This document shows positions 10,261 to 19,571 of a stretch of 64,000 bases of DNA, piece by piece (positions within the stretch are counted from its first letter, which is position 1; each line of letters begins with the position of its first letter). The position numbers and the translations under genes are program-made. Origin of the DNA: Promethearchaeota archaeon (GTDB lineage: Archaea; Asgardarchaeota; Lokiarchaeia; Sigyniarchaeales; SOKP01); contig JAHPZI010000001.1 of the NCBI GenBank assembly GCA_019058295.1, positions 32,001 to 96,000 of the forward strand, written 5' to 3'. The notes under the pieces were generated by a model. That model was not told the origin of the DNA and ran no database searches. It saw only the letters and a list, made by a program, of their open reading frames with translations.

Positions 10261-10331
10261 TCATCTCCTTGAAAACTTACTCAACATTTAATCGGTTGAG
10301 GGTAAGGAGGTGCCCTCCTTGGAGTAAGTTT
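10261..10331 (-). promoter_or_regulatory. Putative structured 5' leader (three-helix junction) next to the ribosome-binding site
   Basis: Inverted repeats aaacttactc/gagtaagttt (10273-10282/10322-10331), aaggagg/cctcctt (10304-10310/10314-10320) and ctcaac/gttgag (10280-10285/10295-10300). GC-rich patch in AT-rich surroundings. Confidence 0.5.
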
Positions 10332-10386
10332 ATCTTGTTATTTTACACTTATTACTAGAATTAAGCAACAATTTATATTTATATTT

Positions 10387-10454
10387 AACTTTTTTTTTCA
10401 TATTTGAATAAAAAAGTTTATTAAGAAAATTTACCATTTTTTATTTGGTAAATT
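10387..10454. promoter_or_regulatory. Two operator-like palindromes in the divergent promoter
   Basis: 14-bp arms at 10387-10400/10405-10418 (1 mismatch); perfect 9-bp arms aatttacca/tggtaaatt at 10428-10436/10446-10454, abutting the ATG. Confidence 0.4.
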
Positions 10455-11105
10455 ATGAAAACATGTCAAATTGCTACAGTTGGGGAAAATATCGAATGGA
10501 TTTTGAAAGGTTTATTGATATTTAATGCAAATAAGCTTATACTTATTTCCACATCAAATCCAGAATTTTTAAAAAAAATAATTGATATAAAGAATAGATT
10601 AATAGATCCTGAGTTTGAATTTAAACCTTTAGAGATTGAAGAGATTATAATTGAAAGCGAGAACCCATTTGAATTTATAAAAATACTAAAAAAAATAATC
10701 TTGGAAAATGGTAGAAAAGGATTCCAAATTGAAGTGAATTCTACAGCGGGTCTTACTATTTGGCAAACTTTAAGCTATTTTATTGCTATTCAATTAAGAG
10801 AATTTGTAAGAAACTATTTTATTATTAATAAACAAAAGGGTGATGCATTTTCACTACCCTTATTAATTCTAAATAAAACTGAACAGACTTTTTTAGACTT
10901 ATTAGGAGAAAAGACTCTAAATATAGAAGATTTAAAAACAGAATATGAGAATTTTAAAAAAAAGGAAGTATCAGTTGGATTAATTTCAAAATATTTAACA
11001 AAATTAAAAGAAAAGAAATTAATTCAAGAATCTAAAGTTGAGAGATTTAAATTTTTTAGATTAACAGAACTAGGAAGGATTTATAATCTTAATGTAATAA
11101 TATAA
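10455..11105 (+). CDS. CARF-like + winged-HTH transcriptional regulator (Csa3/DUF6293-like)
   Basis: IATVG...KLILIS...IEVNSTAG Rossmann-like N-terminus; C-terminal SVGLISKYLTKLKEKKLI...FRLTELG wHTH. Confidence 0.7.
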   Translation: MKTCQIATVGENIEWILKGLLIFNANKLILISTSNPEFLKKIIDIKNRLIDPEFEFKPLEIEEIIIESENPFEFIKILKKIILENGRKGFQIEVNSTAGLTIWQTLSYFIAIQLREFVRNYFIINKQKGDAFSLPLLILNKTEQTFLDLLGEKTLNIEDLKTEYENFKKKEVSVGLISKYLTKLKEKKLIQESKVERFKFFRLTELGRIYNLNVII

Positions 11106-11134
11106 ATGAATATGATTAATATTTTATAAAAAAA

Positions 11135-13045
11135 CTAAGGTTCTAAAGTACAAAGATTTAATAACAGATTGGTATCTTCATTAATTAATTTATTCTCAAT
11201 ACTCTTTATTGTTTCTTCACTTAGATCTATTTTATTTCCTCTTATTATATCTTGTATTTTATTCTTACCTCCATGAGAACAGCTATTTCTAATTGCAACA
11301 AAATTATATGATTTTGCCCCACATTTAAATCTACACTCTAAGAAATTTAAAATTTCTTTAATATGTTTTAGATTTTTTTTTCCAATTAAGACTCTGAATA
11401 ATTTAAATGGTTTGAGATATGTTTCAGGAATATGATGAAACGAATTAATGTTATATATTGACGAAAGGATATAATAAATTTTACCTAATGTAGGTAATAC
11501 TCTAAATTTAATATATCTTTTTAGGTGTTTGAGTGTTTTATTAAATTCCCTGTCAATTTTCCATAAACCATAAGTATTTATATCATCATTAAGCTCATTT
11601 AATATTTTTTCATGGTAGTTAACAAAAAATTTAATACGTAATTCGCATTCAATGGCATCAGAAATTTTATTAATACAGGATCGATAATCATTAGGCATTT
11701 TATCTAATGTTTCTTTAAACATAATTAAATGATCTTGCGTTTCTTCATCAAAATTAGTAAAGCATTCGTCATTTAGAGTTTTTAACCATACTCCTCTATA
11801 ATATTCTCTCTCTTTTTTTATTTCTTCTCCTGTTTTTTTTTCTTGTTTTGTAGATTCTAAAGTAGCATTAGCAATATTTTCACTTATATCTGAATTATGT
11901 AGTTTTTTACAAATTTCTACAACATTTTCAGAAGTTTTTTCAACTTCCTTAAGTTTAATTTCAAAAGGTCTATTTTCTAAAATATCATTGATTCTTCTTA
12001 TTGTCTCTGGTAAATCGATGAACTTTTTTTTATAATATTCTTTCATTTTGGGATTTTTAATTGAATTCAGAATTAATTCATAAGCGGTTAAAGAATTTGA
12101 ATAATTACGAAAGGCTTCTGAATATGATTCAGCATCATGGTATAGTTCGCCTAGAGCTTTATAAGTTTCAGCCATTCCATGATAATATTTGATTTTGATG
12201 GCGATTTTTAATGATTCGTCAAAATTTTTATAAGATTTATTAAGTTGATTAATTTTTTGATATATTTGACCAATTAATCTTAAAATTTCAGATTTCATTT
12301 TTAAATTCTCAATTTTATCTTTTATTTTTAGAAGCTCTTCAAGATGTTTATAAGATTCTTCATATTTCTCTTGAAGATATAATGCTCTGATTTTATTTCT
12401 CAAGGCATAAGCCTTATTACTTAAATCTCTATTTTTTATAGATAAATTATAAGCCTTTTCACTATATTCAATTGCTTTCTTAAATATATTTTTCTTTGTT
12501 AAAACTGAAGAAATCATATTATAAATTCCTGAAAATATATAATTTGGTGCTCCAACTTCTTCATATAATTTGAGAGCAGTTTCCAAATAACTTAATGACC
12601 TATCATAATCTCCTAAAACTTCATAATAAACTCCAGTAGAATTCTTAATTTTAGCAATTAAATATTGATCTTTTAATTTTTCAGCTATATCCAATGCACT
12701 CATTAAACATTCATAATACTCATCAAACTCTAATAAATATTGGTGTACATTTGCTAAATGATTTAAATATCGAGGCATCTTATTATATAGCTTTAATTTC
12801 TTAATCATTTTTAGAGCATTAATATATTTTTCCTTTGCTTCTTCATATTTACCCATTCTATGAAGTATTCTTCCTATATTTTTAGTTGATTCAGCTATCA
12901 ATTCAGGATCATTGATTTTAATTGCCAACTGTTCGCATTTTAAAAAGATTTTATATGCATCAGAAATTTCTCCATCAAAATACTTTTTTTCTGCTGTTTT
13001 TGTACACTTATCAAATTCTTTATTTATATCCATTTCAATCAACAA
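11135..13045 (-). CDS. TPR protein with C-terminal HEPN-like domain
   Basis: About eight MalT-like TPRs; C-terminal DYRSCINKISDAIECELR...TLGKIYYIL...IRNSCSH. Confidence 0.75.
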   Translation of the reverse strand: MLIEMDINKEFDKCTKTAEKKYFDGEISDAYKIFLKCEQLAIKINDPELIAESTKNIGRILHRMGKYEEAKEKYINALKMIKKLKLYNKMPRYLNHLANVHQYLLEFDEYYECLMSALDIAEKLKDQYLIAKIKNSTGVYYEVLGDYDRSLSYLETALKLYEEVGAPNYIFSGIYNMISSVLTKKNIFKKAIEYSEKAYNLSIKNRDLSNKAYALRNKIRALYLQEKYEESYKHLEELLKIKDKIENLKMKSEILRLIGQIYQKINQLNKSYKNFDESLKIAIKIKYYHGMAETYKALGELYHDAESYSEAFRNYSNSLTAYELILNSIKNPKMKEYYKKKFIDLPETIRRINDILENRPFEIKLKEVEKTSENVVEICKKLHNSDISENIANATLESTKQEKKTGEEIKKEREYYRGVWLKTLNDECFTNFDEETQDHLIMFKETLDKMPNDYRSCINKISDAIECELRIKFFVNYHEKILNELNDDINTYGLWKIDREFNKTLKHLKRYIKFRVLPTLGKIYYILSSIYNINSFHHIPETYLKPFKLFRVLIGKKNLKHIKEILNFLECRFKCGAKSYNFVAIRNSCSHGGKNKIQDIIRGNKIDLSEETIKSIENKLINEDTNLLLNLCTLEP

Positions 13046-13336
13046 AAAAGGGATAAATTATTGAATTTTTTTCATTGATAAATTAAAATATACATATTTG
13101 TAATTTAATATTTCGTAGATATATTTAGTTCTACAAAACAAGTGTTCTTTAAGAGCTGAATTTATTTATATATCCATAATTTATCAAAGGTAAATTTTTT
13201 TTAGAATAATTAGATTACGGATTATTACTAATAAATTCTATGATAAGTTTATCTTTTCTATTTAATTTGATGGAATCTTATTTATGAAATAAAGAAATAG
13301 TGCGCAAGATTTTATAAATTAAGAGAAAAAAACATT

Positions 13337-13379
13337 AATTTCGGGACCAAAAAAGCAGAAGAATGGAAGAATGGCTTGA
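13337..13379 (+). repeat. Right copy of 43-bp direct repeat, overlapping the methyltransferase start
   Basis: aatttcgggaccaaaaaagcagaagaatggaagaatggcttga; 38/43 identical to 739-781. Confidence 0.85.
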
Positions 13380-13905
13380 AACAGAGGGCAAGTTAGTACT
13401 TAGAGAAATTGGAATTAAAGAAGGGATGACAGTATTAGATTTTGGAAGTGGTTCGGGGGTTTATACGATGATAAGTTCAAAAATAGTAGGGATAAAGGGA
13501 GAGGTCTATGCGCTTGATAGTGATAAGGCGTCCTTGAACAAACTAAGCAACGAGCTCGAAGCCTCAAAAATTAAAAATGTAAAGATTATCAAGGGTCCCA
13601 AGCAGATTGCCCTTCCATTTGAGAAGGAATATTTTGACTTTTTTTTATTATATGATGTATTTCATTTATTAGACAAGGATAATCGGGATACTGTGTTAAG
13701 AGAGGCATATCGAGTGTTGAAAAGAGAGGGGATATTATCGTATCACGCAACGCATATAGGCAGCTATGATACGAATTTAGAAGACGTGCAACAGCAAATT
13801 AAACTGCACGGATTTCGATTAAAGGAAGAGTTTCGGAGACCTATGTTTCATTGGAGATGGATTGCGGAGGGCTTAGTCTTTAATTATGGAAAACAAATAG
13901 GTTAA
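13363..13905 (+). CDS. Class I SAM-dependent methyltransferase
   Basis: VLDFGSGSG, VYALD, RVLKREG. Confidence 0.85.
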   Translation: MEEWLETEGKLVLREIGIKEGMTVLDFGSGSGVYTMISSKIVGIKGEVYALDSDKASLNKLSNELEASKIKNVKIIKGPKQIALPFEKEYFDFFLLYDVFHLLDKDNRDTVLREAYRVLKREGILSYHATHIGSYDTNLEDVQQQIKLHGFRLKEEFRRPMFHWRWIAEGLVFNYGKQIG

Positions 13906-14357
13906 AATTTACCTTTTATCCAGCCGATCTTTTCAGTATCTCGATTGTCGATTGAGGGAATAAAGGGTTTTATATCTAATACAGGAGTTCCCTCGACAAA
14001 GTCCAAATTTTTCACATATAATTTGTTATCTTCAATTTTCAGTAATTTTAGGACAGATAAACCTATTGGATTGGGGCGTCTCGGGGATCTAATAGCGAAT
14101 ACTCCGTAGAGATCAGAATCCCAATGAGTAGGGGATTGGAGTGGTACGGGTTGTTTTACAAGATGTAGATAGACGATGCATAGGATGTATTCAAATCCCT
14201 CTAAATCTTTTAAGCCGTCTTTATATTCGGGGAAGAGTTCAATAATTCCCTCGACCTTTGAGAATTTGGGCTGAACAGGGACTTTAACGTATTTTTTTAG
14301 AGAGGAATGAATAACTCCAATTGGTTTCAGCTCAATTTTTGAAATAGATGGGTTCAT
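13902..14357 (-). CDS. tsaA: tRNA (N6-threonylcarbamoyl-A37) methyltransferase TrmO/TsaA family
   Basis: LKPIGVIHS, GVFAIRSPRRPNPIGLS, GTPVLDIKP. Confidence 0.9.
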   Translation of the reverse strand: MNPSISKIELKPIGVIHSSLKKYVKVPVQPKFSKVEGIIELFPEYKDGLKDLEGFEYILCIVYLHLVKQPVPLQSPTHWDSDLYGVFAIRSPRRPNPIGLSVLKLLKIEDNKLYVKNLDFVEGTPVLDIKPFIPSIDNRDTEKIGWIKGKF

Positions 14358-14404
14358 GTTTCACTCACAGTATTAATAATTTCTTTTTTTAGTAAATATA
14401 CAAA

Positions 14405-14596
14405 TTAAGCTCTAACCATTTTAGAGCCACATTTTGGGCATGTTTGATTATAACAAGGAACTCCTCTCTGATGGGACACTCTATATCCACAATTAGGGCA
14501 TACACAATCTCCTCCAAGTCCTGCGGCGTATGGTCCGCCCATCCTTCCTTTACCACCACTTCTGCCACTCCCTCTGCCATCACCTCTTCCGCTCAT
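14405..14596 (-). CDS. Small Gly/Arg-rich Cys-ribbon metal-binding protein
   Basis: GR-rich N-terminus, CVCPNCG...PC...CPKCG; GGAGG RBS upstream. Confidence 0.75.
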   Translation of the reverse strand: MSGRGDGRGSGRSGGKGRMGGPYAAGLGGDCVCPNCGYRVSHQRGVPCYNQTCPKCGSKMVRA

Positions 14597-14678
14597 AGAT
14601 CAACCTCCATTCGATTATTTAAAATTTAATTTTATCTTGAGATTTGAGTAATTTCAAAAATAAAAGTGCTCAAGAATT

Positions 14679-15347
14679 TTAAGAAAGCTTCCATGCACCA
14701 TATGTTAAGACAGAAAAGCTAACTAATATAGAAAATCTGCCGATTTTTTGTCCTATTGTAAGTAATGCACGAATACCTAAAGTCAGTGAGGCAAGTGCCA
14801 TCATCAAGAATATAAAGAAAAGCACTGTAAAGAGCATAAAAAGATATGTTACCCCCTTAGAAAACTTCTCACTCCGATATAGTATAATACTATAGAAAAA
14901 CATTGTAGAAAAGATCGCAATATAGGCTACTAAAGCAAATATCATATGGGGGATATAAAGAATGTCTGCAGGTGTAGCGACTGCTCCAATAAAACCAATA
15001 GACGAAATAGCGCCAAAACAACCCCCAAATTTTGCTAGCTTCCTTTCAAGCGAATCGTCGTCAAATAAGCGTGGAACCACTAAATAAAAAGGTATCATTG
15101 CTAACCCAAAGGTACAATAGGCAATAGAAAAAAACACCATAGAGATTAGATTAAGTTCTCCATTATGTGCGTATACTCTACCTGAATCGCTAAATGTATT
15201 GAACCAGAAAGTATATCCCGGAGCGTTAGGATTATCTTGAGTCCCTCCTGGATAAAATAACATAGCCAAGGTGATAAAAACTACATATATTACAATTCCT
15301 ATAATCTCAATCATATAGGCTTTCTTATTTGAAATTTTTAATTCCAT
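14679..15347 (-). CDS. Integral membrane protein (DUF998-like)
   Basis: 5-6 TM segments; YPGG...GY.FW.N..SD.G motif. Confidence 0.6.
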   Translation of the reverse strand: MELKISNKKAYMIEIIGIVIYVVFITLAMLFYPGGTQDNPNAPGYTFWFNTFSDSGRVYAHNGELNLISMVFFSIAYCTFGLAMIPFYLVVPRLFDDDSLERKLAKFGGCFGAISSIGFIGAVATPADILYIPHMIFALVAYIAIFSTMFFYSIILYRSEKFSKGVTYLFMLFTVLFFIFLMMALASLTLGIRALLTIGQKIGRFSILVSFSVLTYGAWKLS

Positions 15348-15668
15348 AATTTAAAATAAACTCTTGGAACGATTTAAGTATTTTTAATATTTTCTTTAAA
15401 GTAGTAATTTAATCGTTTAAAAAATTGATTATAAATTTATCATAATAAAATGAAAATATAATTAATTTTTAGGGTCACATTTTAATTTTATGATATCGTT
15501 CTGTCAAGTAGATAAAATTAAAACGCATATTTACCATGATAGAAAAAACTTTTTGTTTTTAAATGGTAAATTTAAAACCTTAAATTAATATTAATTACGT
15601 AAGATCATATGGAATTTTTAATTGAAAATCTCTTTCAAACGATTCTAAAGTTATCGAGGTAAAAGGAA

Positions 15669-15950
15669 ATAAAGCACTTCAAACTTCAGGTTTTACTGAA
15701 CGTCGATGAGACTTACTGCGCAAAATGCTGTAGAACGAGAAATATTATTGAAAGGATGCTTGAAGAAGTCCCTAGAATAAAGGAAAGAATTGAAGTTATA
15801 TTTGAAGATATTGCGACACAAGGAATTAAAGAGAAATACGGCTCGCTTACTCCTCCTGTCATTATAATGAATGATTCGATATACTTAGAAGGCCATGTTC
15901 CAGTTATAAAGAAATTAAGTAGGGAAATATTAGACCAGCTTAATTCTTAA
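15669..15950 (+). CDS. Thioredoxin/glutaredoxin-fold protein (CAKC); start probably upstream of the ORF-track ATG
   Basis: In-frame upstream extension IKHFKLQVLLNVDETYCAKCCRTRNIIER holds the CxxC; TPPVIIMND..LEGHVP cis-Pro motif; GAGGT at 15656-15660. Confidence 0.65.
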   Translation: MKHFKLQVLLNVDETYCAKCCRTRNIIERMLEEVPRIKERIEVIFEDIATQGIKEKYGSLTPPVIIMNDSIYLEGHVPVIKKLSREILDQLNS

Positions 15951-15981
15951 GAAGAATCTGGCCAACTTACAGTAGTTAAAT

Positions 15982-16536
15982 TTATACTTCCATTGATTGA
16001 TTTGCTGTGGTTATTTTTCTATAATCTATGATGGTGCTTACTAATGATTCAAATACTTCATTGACGTTATATCCTGTTTTCGAGGAGACTTTTAAATATC
16101 CGCTTATATTATTGTTTTCGACAAACTGACGAACGTATTCATCATCAACCATGATAGACTCTATTAAATCATATTTAGATCCCAGAAGAAGAATAGGGAG
16201 TGTGGGATCATCTTTACGGATAAGATTTATCCATTTAGGTAAATTCATAAAACTTTTGAAGATTGTTAAATCAAACATTAAAAATGCACCTGCGGCACCT
16301 TTTACAAAATCATCGAGCATGAATCTGAACCTTTCTTGTCCGCCAAAGTCCCATAATTGTAATGAGCAGACGGGACCCTCTTTTAAAGTAAGGACTTTAT
16401 GAAGAATATCAGTACCGATGGTCATCTTCGCTTCATATAAGAATTCCCCTTCAATATAGCGGTGTAGAATAGTAGTTTTCCCTACACCACCATCACCAGC
16501 AATAATAATTTTAAAGACTAGACTGGGATTAATCAT
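15982..16536 (-). CDS. Rab-like small GTPase (paralog 1)
   Basis: GDGGVGKT, TIG, WDFGGQERF, SKYD, SSKTG. Confidence 0.9.
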   Translation of the reverse strand: MINPSLVFKIIIAGDGGVGKTTILHRYIEGEFLYEAKMTIGTDILHKVLTLKEGPVCSLQLWDFGGQERFRFMLDDFVKGAAGAFLMFDLTIFKSFMNLPKWINLIRKDDPTLPILLLGSKYDLIESIMVDDEYVRQFVENNNISGYLKVSSKTGYNVNEVFESLVSTIIDYRKITTANQSMEV

Positions 16537-16703
16537 TAAATTTCAATAATTTAATTTGATTTTTAAAATTTCCATTTATACAACATTAGAATTATATGTA
16601 TAAAAATTATGAATAATTTAAATAAGTTTTAGATTTGTTTATTTATTAAAAAAAGCTAAAGTTCTTATTAAAGATCTTATAGCTTCCTTTAGGGAGGAGT
16701 AGT

Positions 16704-17258
16704 TCAAACTTCCATTGATTGATCTGCTGTGATTAAATGTCTATATTCTATGATAGTGTTTACTAAAGATTCAAATACTTCATTGACGTTATATCCCGTT
16801 TTCGAGGAGACTTTCAAATATCCGCTAATATGATTGTTTTCGACAAACTCGAGAACTTCTTCATCATCCACACAGATAGAATCTAATAAATCATATTTAG
16901 AACCTAGAAGAAGAATAGGGAGGGTTGGATCATCCTTACGGACAATTTTTATCCATTTAGGTAAATTAAAAAAACTTACAGGGTTAGTTAAATCAAACAT
17001 TAAAAATGCCCCCGCAGCGCCGTTTACAAAACTATCGAACATGAATCTGAACCTTTCTTGTCCACCAAAGTCCCATAATTGTAATGAGCAGATGGGTCCT
17101 TCTTTTAAGCTAAGGACTTTATGAAAAATATCAGCACCGATGGTCATCTTCGAATCAAATAAGAATGTACCATTAACATAGCGGTGGAGCATAGTAGTTT
17201 TTCCTACACCACCATCCCCACCAATAATAATTTTAAAGATAAGACTAGGATTAATCAT
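16704..17258 (-). CDS. Rab-like small GTPase (paralog 2)
   Basis: Same G1-G5 motifs; tandem copy offset 722 nt from paralog 1. Confidence 0.9.
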   Translation of the reverse strand: MINPSLIFKIIIGGDGGVGKTTMLHRYVNGTFLFDSKMTIGADIFHKVLSLKEGPICSLQLWDFGGQERFRFMFDSFVNGAAGAFLMFDLTNPVSFFNLPKWIKIVRKDDPTLPILLLGSKYDLLDSICVDDEEVLEFVENNHISGYLKVSSKTGYNVNEVFESLVNTIIEYRHLITADQSMEV

Positions 17259-17445
17259 TACATTTCAACAATATAATTTAATTTTTTAAATTTCCATTTA
17301 CACAACATTAGAATTATACTAACAATAATTAGAGTAAACTACATATTTTAAAGTTTCGGTTATATTTTTAAAAAGAGCTAAAGTTCTTATTTGAGCTCCA
17401 ATTCTTATATAAATAGAATTTGATAAATCATGAGGGAATATAAGT

Positions 17446-18288
17446 ATGATTGAAGTATATATAGGTTTTTTAATGATATTTTTAATCGGATGTATGAGTT
17501 TAATTGGTATTGTGATGATTTCGCTAAGAGAAAAAACCTTAGATAAGATATTATTAATTCTTGTTGCATTTGGGACTGGAGCGATTTTGGCAACCGCATT
17601 ATTTAGCCTTATTCCAGAGGCTATACATCATATGGAAGAATTAAGGTCTGAAGGAGTAAATTTCAATGAGAATTTCCTTTATTTATATATTATTTCGGGA
17701 TTTATCATATTCTTTTTTATAGAGCGTTTTATTTATTGGTTTCATGGGCATGGGCACGAGACAGAAGATAAGATGGTATGTTATTCTAATAAAAGTGGTA
17801 TGGCTGATGAACTTATGGAAAAGGGGGGGAAAATTAAAAGTTATGTATATCTAAATCTCTTAGGGGATGGGCTTCATAATTTTTTAGATGGAGTGGTAAT
17901 CATGGTTTCTTTTTTAACCGGTATTGGGTATGGGATAATTGTATCACTTGCAGTATTATTCCATGAATTACCTCAGGAGGTCGGAGATTACGGAATATTA
18001 GTATATGGCGGGTTTACTAAAAAGAGAGCAATTGAATACAACTTTTTAAGCGCAATGGTTGCCATGCTCGGTGGGATAATAGGATTTATTTTATCCGGTC
18101 AAGTGAAGATATTTAACATATTCATCTTAGCGTTTTCAGGGGGAGGCTTTTTATATATTGCCTGTACAGAACTCATGCCGGAATTCACTAAGCAAAAAGA
18201 CTTAAAGAAATCCATAATTCAAGCCCTAATCTTCTTGATCGGTTTAGTACTTATCATCTTATTAGTCATTATATTACCGCATGAGTAA
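17446..18288 (+). CDS. ZIP family zinc transporter
   Basis: HGHGH loop, GDGLHNFLDG, HELPQEVGDYG. Confidence 0.9.
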   Translation: MIEVYIGFLMIFLIGCMSLIGIVMISLREKTLDKILLILVAFGTGAILATALFSLIPEAIHHMEELRSEGVNFNENFLYLYIISGFIIFFFIERFIYWFHGHGHETEDKMVCYSNKSGMADELMEKGGKIKSYVYLNLLGDGLHNFLDGVVIMVSFLTGIGYGIIVSLAVLFHELPQEVGDYGILVYGGFTKKRAIEYNFLSAMVAMLGGIIGFILSGQVKIFNIFILAFSGGGFLYIACTELMPEFTKQKDLKKSIIQALIFLIGLVLIILLVIILPHE

Positions 18289-18380
18289 TCTTATCTTTTA
18301 TAAAAATTGAGAACTAAACATAATTATTGTAATTTTTAAATATTTTCGTATCGAAAATAAATTAACAATTAAATAATAAA

Positions 18381-19571
18381 TTGAATGATGAAATTATGGT
18401 AACAAACCAAGGAAAATTTTCGATGTTAAATTTCATTAAGGAGGTGTGTGACGAGATTGGCCCTCGATTTGGCACGACCGAGTTAGAGCTAAAGGCCGGT
18501 TTGAAGATTAAAGGCATCCTGGAAAGCAAGACCGACGAGGTGGTCATGGAGGATTTCGAGTGTCATCCAAGAGCATTTTTAGATTTTACCCGCGTTGCGT
18601 TTGTCGTTGCGCTGATTGGCACAATACTATTTATCTGGTTTCCTCTAATCAGTTTTCTGTTGTATCTTTACGCGTTATCCATATATGCTTTGGAGCAAAT
18701 GTTTCTGAAGGAGTATGTCGATTTTTTCTTTCCAAAAAGGACGGGTTCAAACGTGATTGGCAAGTTAAAGCCTGTAAAAGAGTCGAAGCAAATAGTTATT
18801 GTTAGTGGTCACCACGATAGCGCTTGGGAATTTCCGCTATTCGAGAAGTTCAAATCAAATTTTCGTTATATTGCATTTTCAACGGCTGGCTTAATCTTCT
18901 TAGCGGCAATAATATCGCTGGTAAAGTTCATTTTTGATATCTTAGGCACCACGACGTTAATGATGACATTAATCTTGCTAATTATTCCTATTCTGGCGCT
19001 TATTATGATGGCTTATTTAGCTCTCAAAATTCATTCTAAGAATGTAATTCTTGGCGCAAACGACAATTTATCGGCTGTTGCGGTTGTTTTAGCCCTTGCT
19101 GAGCATTTCTCAACCCGAAAGCTCCAAAATATTGAACTTTGGTGTATTTCATTCTCGTGTGAGGAATGCATGAGAGGCTCGAAGCGATTCGTTAAGAGGC
19201 ATCTGGACGAATTAAAGGATTCTAAGACGATTAATATGGATATGATTGGTGAGGGAACGCTTTCTATTATTTCTTCAGAACCTTATTTCACGGCGAGGCA
19301 TTCTAAGGAATTAGCAAAGGACTTTCAAGAATCCACAAAACGGGCGAATGTCGAAATGCCGATTAAAGTCTTAAAATTTGGGGGAAGTGATGCTGCAAAC
19401 TTTTCAAAAAAGAAGCTCGAGGCCATTTCTATTTTCGGCTTGACTTCACAAGATCATCCGAGTACATGGCATGAAATGGGAGATACCCCTGAAATCATTG
19501 ATGAGAAGCTTCTCGAAAACACGTTAAAAGCAATTATTCAATATTTAGAAGATCTTGACGCTAGAGTATGA
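18381..19571 (+). CDS. Membrane-bound M28 family peptidase
   Basis: SGHHDS, GANDNLSA, CEE, NMDMIG, SDA, WH...D. Confidence 0.85.
   Translation: MNDEIMVTNQGKFSMLNFIKEVCDEIGPRFGTTELELKAGLKIKGILESKTDEVVMEDFECHPRAFLDFTRVAFVVALIGTILFIWFPLISFLLYLYALSIYALEQMFLKEYVDFFFPKRTGSNVIGKLKPVKESKQIVIVSGHHDSAWEFPLFEKFKSNFRYIAFSTAGLIFLAAIISLVKFIFDILGTTTLMMTLILLIIPILALIMMAYLALKIHSKNVILGANDNLSAVAVVLALAEHFSTRKLQNIELWCISFSCEECMRGSKRFVKRHLDELKDSKTINMDMIGEGTLSIISSEPYFTARHSKELAKDFQESTKRANVEMPIKVLKFGGSDAANFSKKKLEAISIFGLTSQDHPSTWHEMGDTPEIIDEKLLENTLKAIIQYLEDLDARV

Larger units (their letters stand above)
739..13379. mobile_element. Putative genomic island bounded by direct repeats (no integrase seen)
   Basis: Flanking 43-bp direct repeat, very AT-rich accessory/defence-type cargo, and a visibly more GC-rich gene just outside the right repeat. 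Confidence 0.55.
15982..17391. repeat. Tandem duplication (~722-nt unit) of GTPase plus upstream region
   Basis: Both CDSs and upstream sequences are homologous (tttccatttaYacaacattagaattata). Both units end in gctaaagttcttatt (16655-16669, 17377-17391). Confidence 0.8.

Noticed and set aside
10273-10331. tRNA, SECIS or SAM-I riboswitch
   Set aside because: No cloverleaf with T-loop, no SAM-I consensus core, and no in-frame TGA selenoprotein nearby.
10255-10454. RiPP precursor peptide for the SPASM enzyme
   Set aside because: Only a 6-codon ORF (MIRIEL) was found in the leader; no credible precursor.
14389-14629. Alternative ORFs 14389-14583 and 14444-14629
   Set aside because: They overlap the Cys-ribbon ORF, which has the RBS and a recognisable motif.
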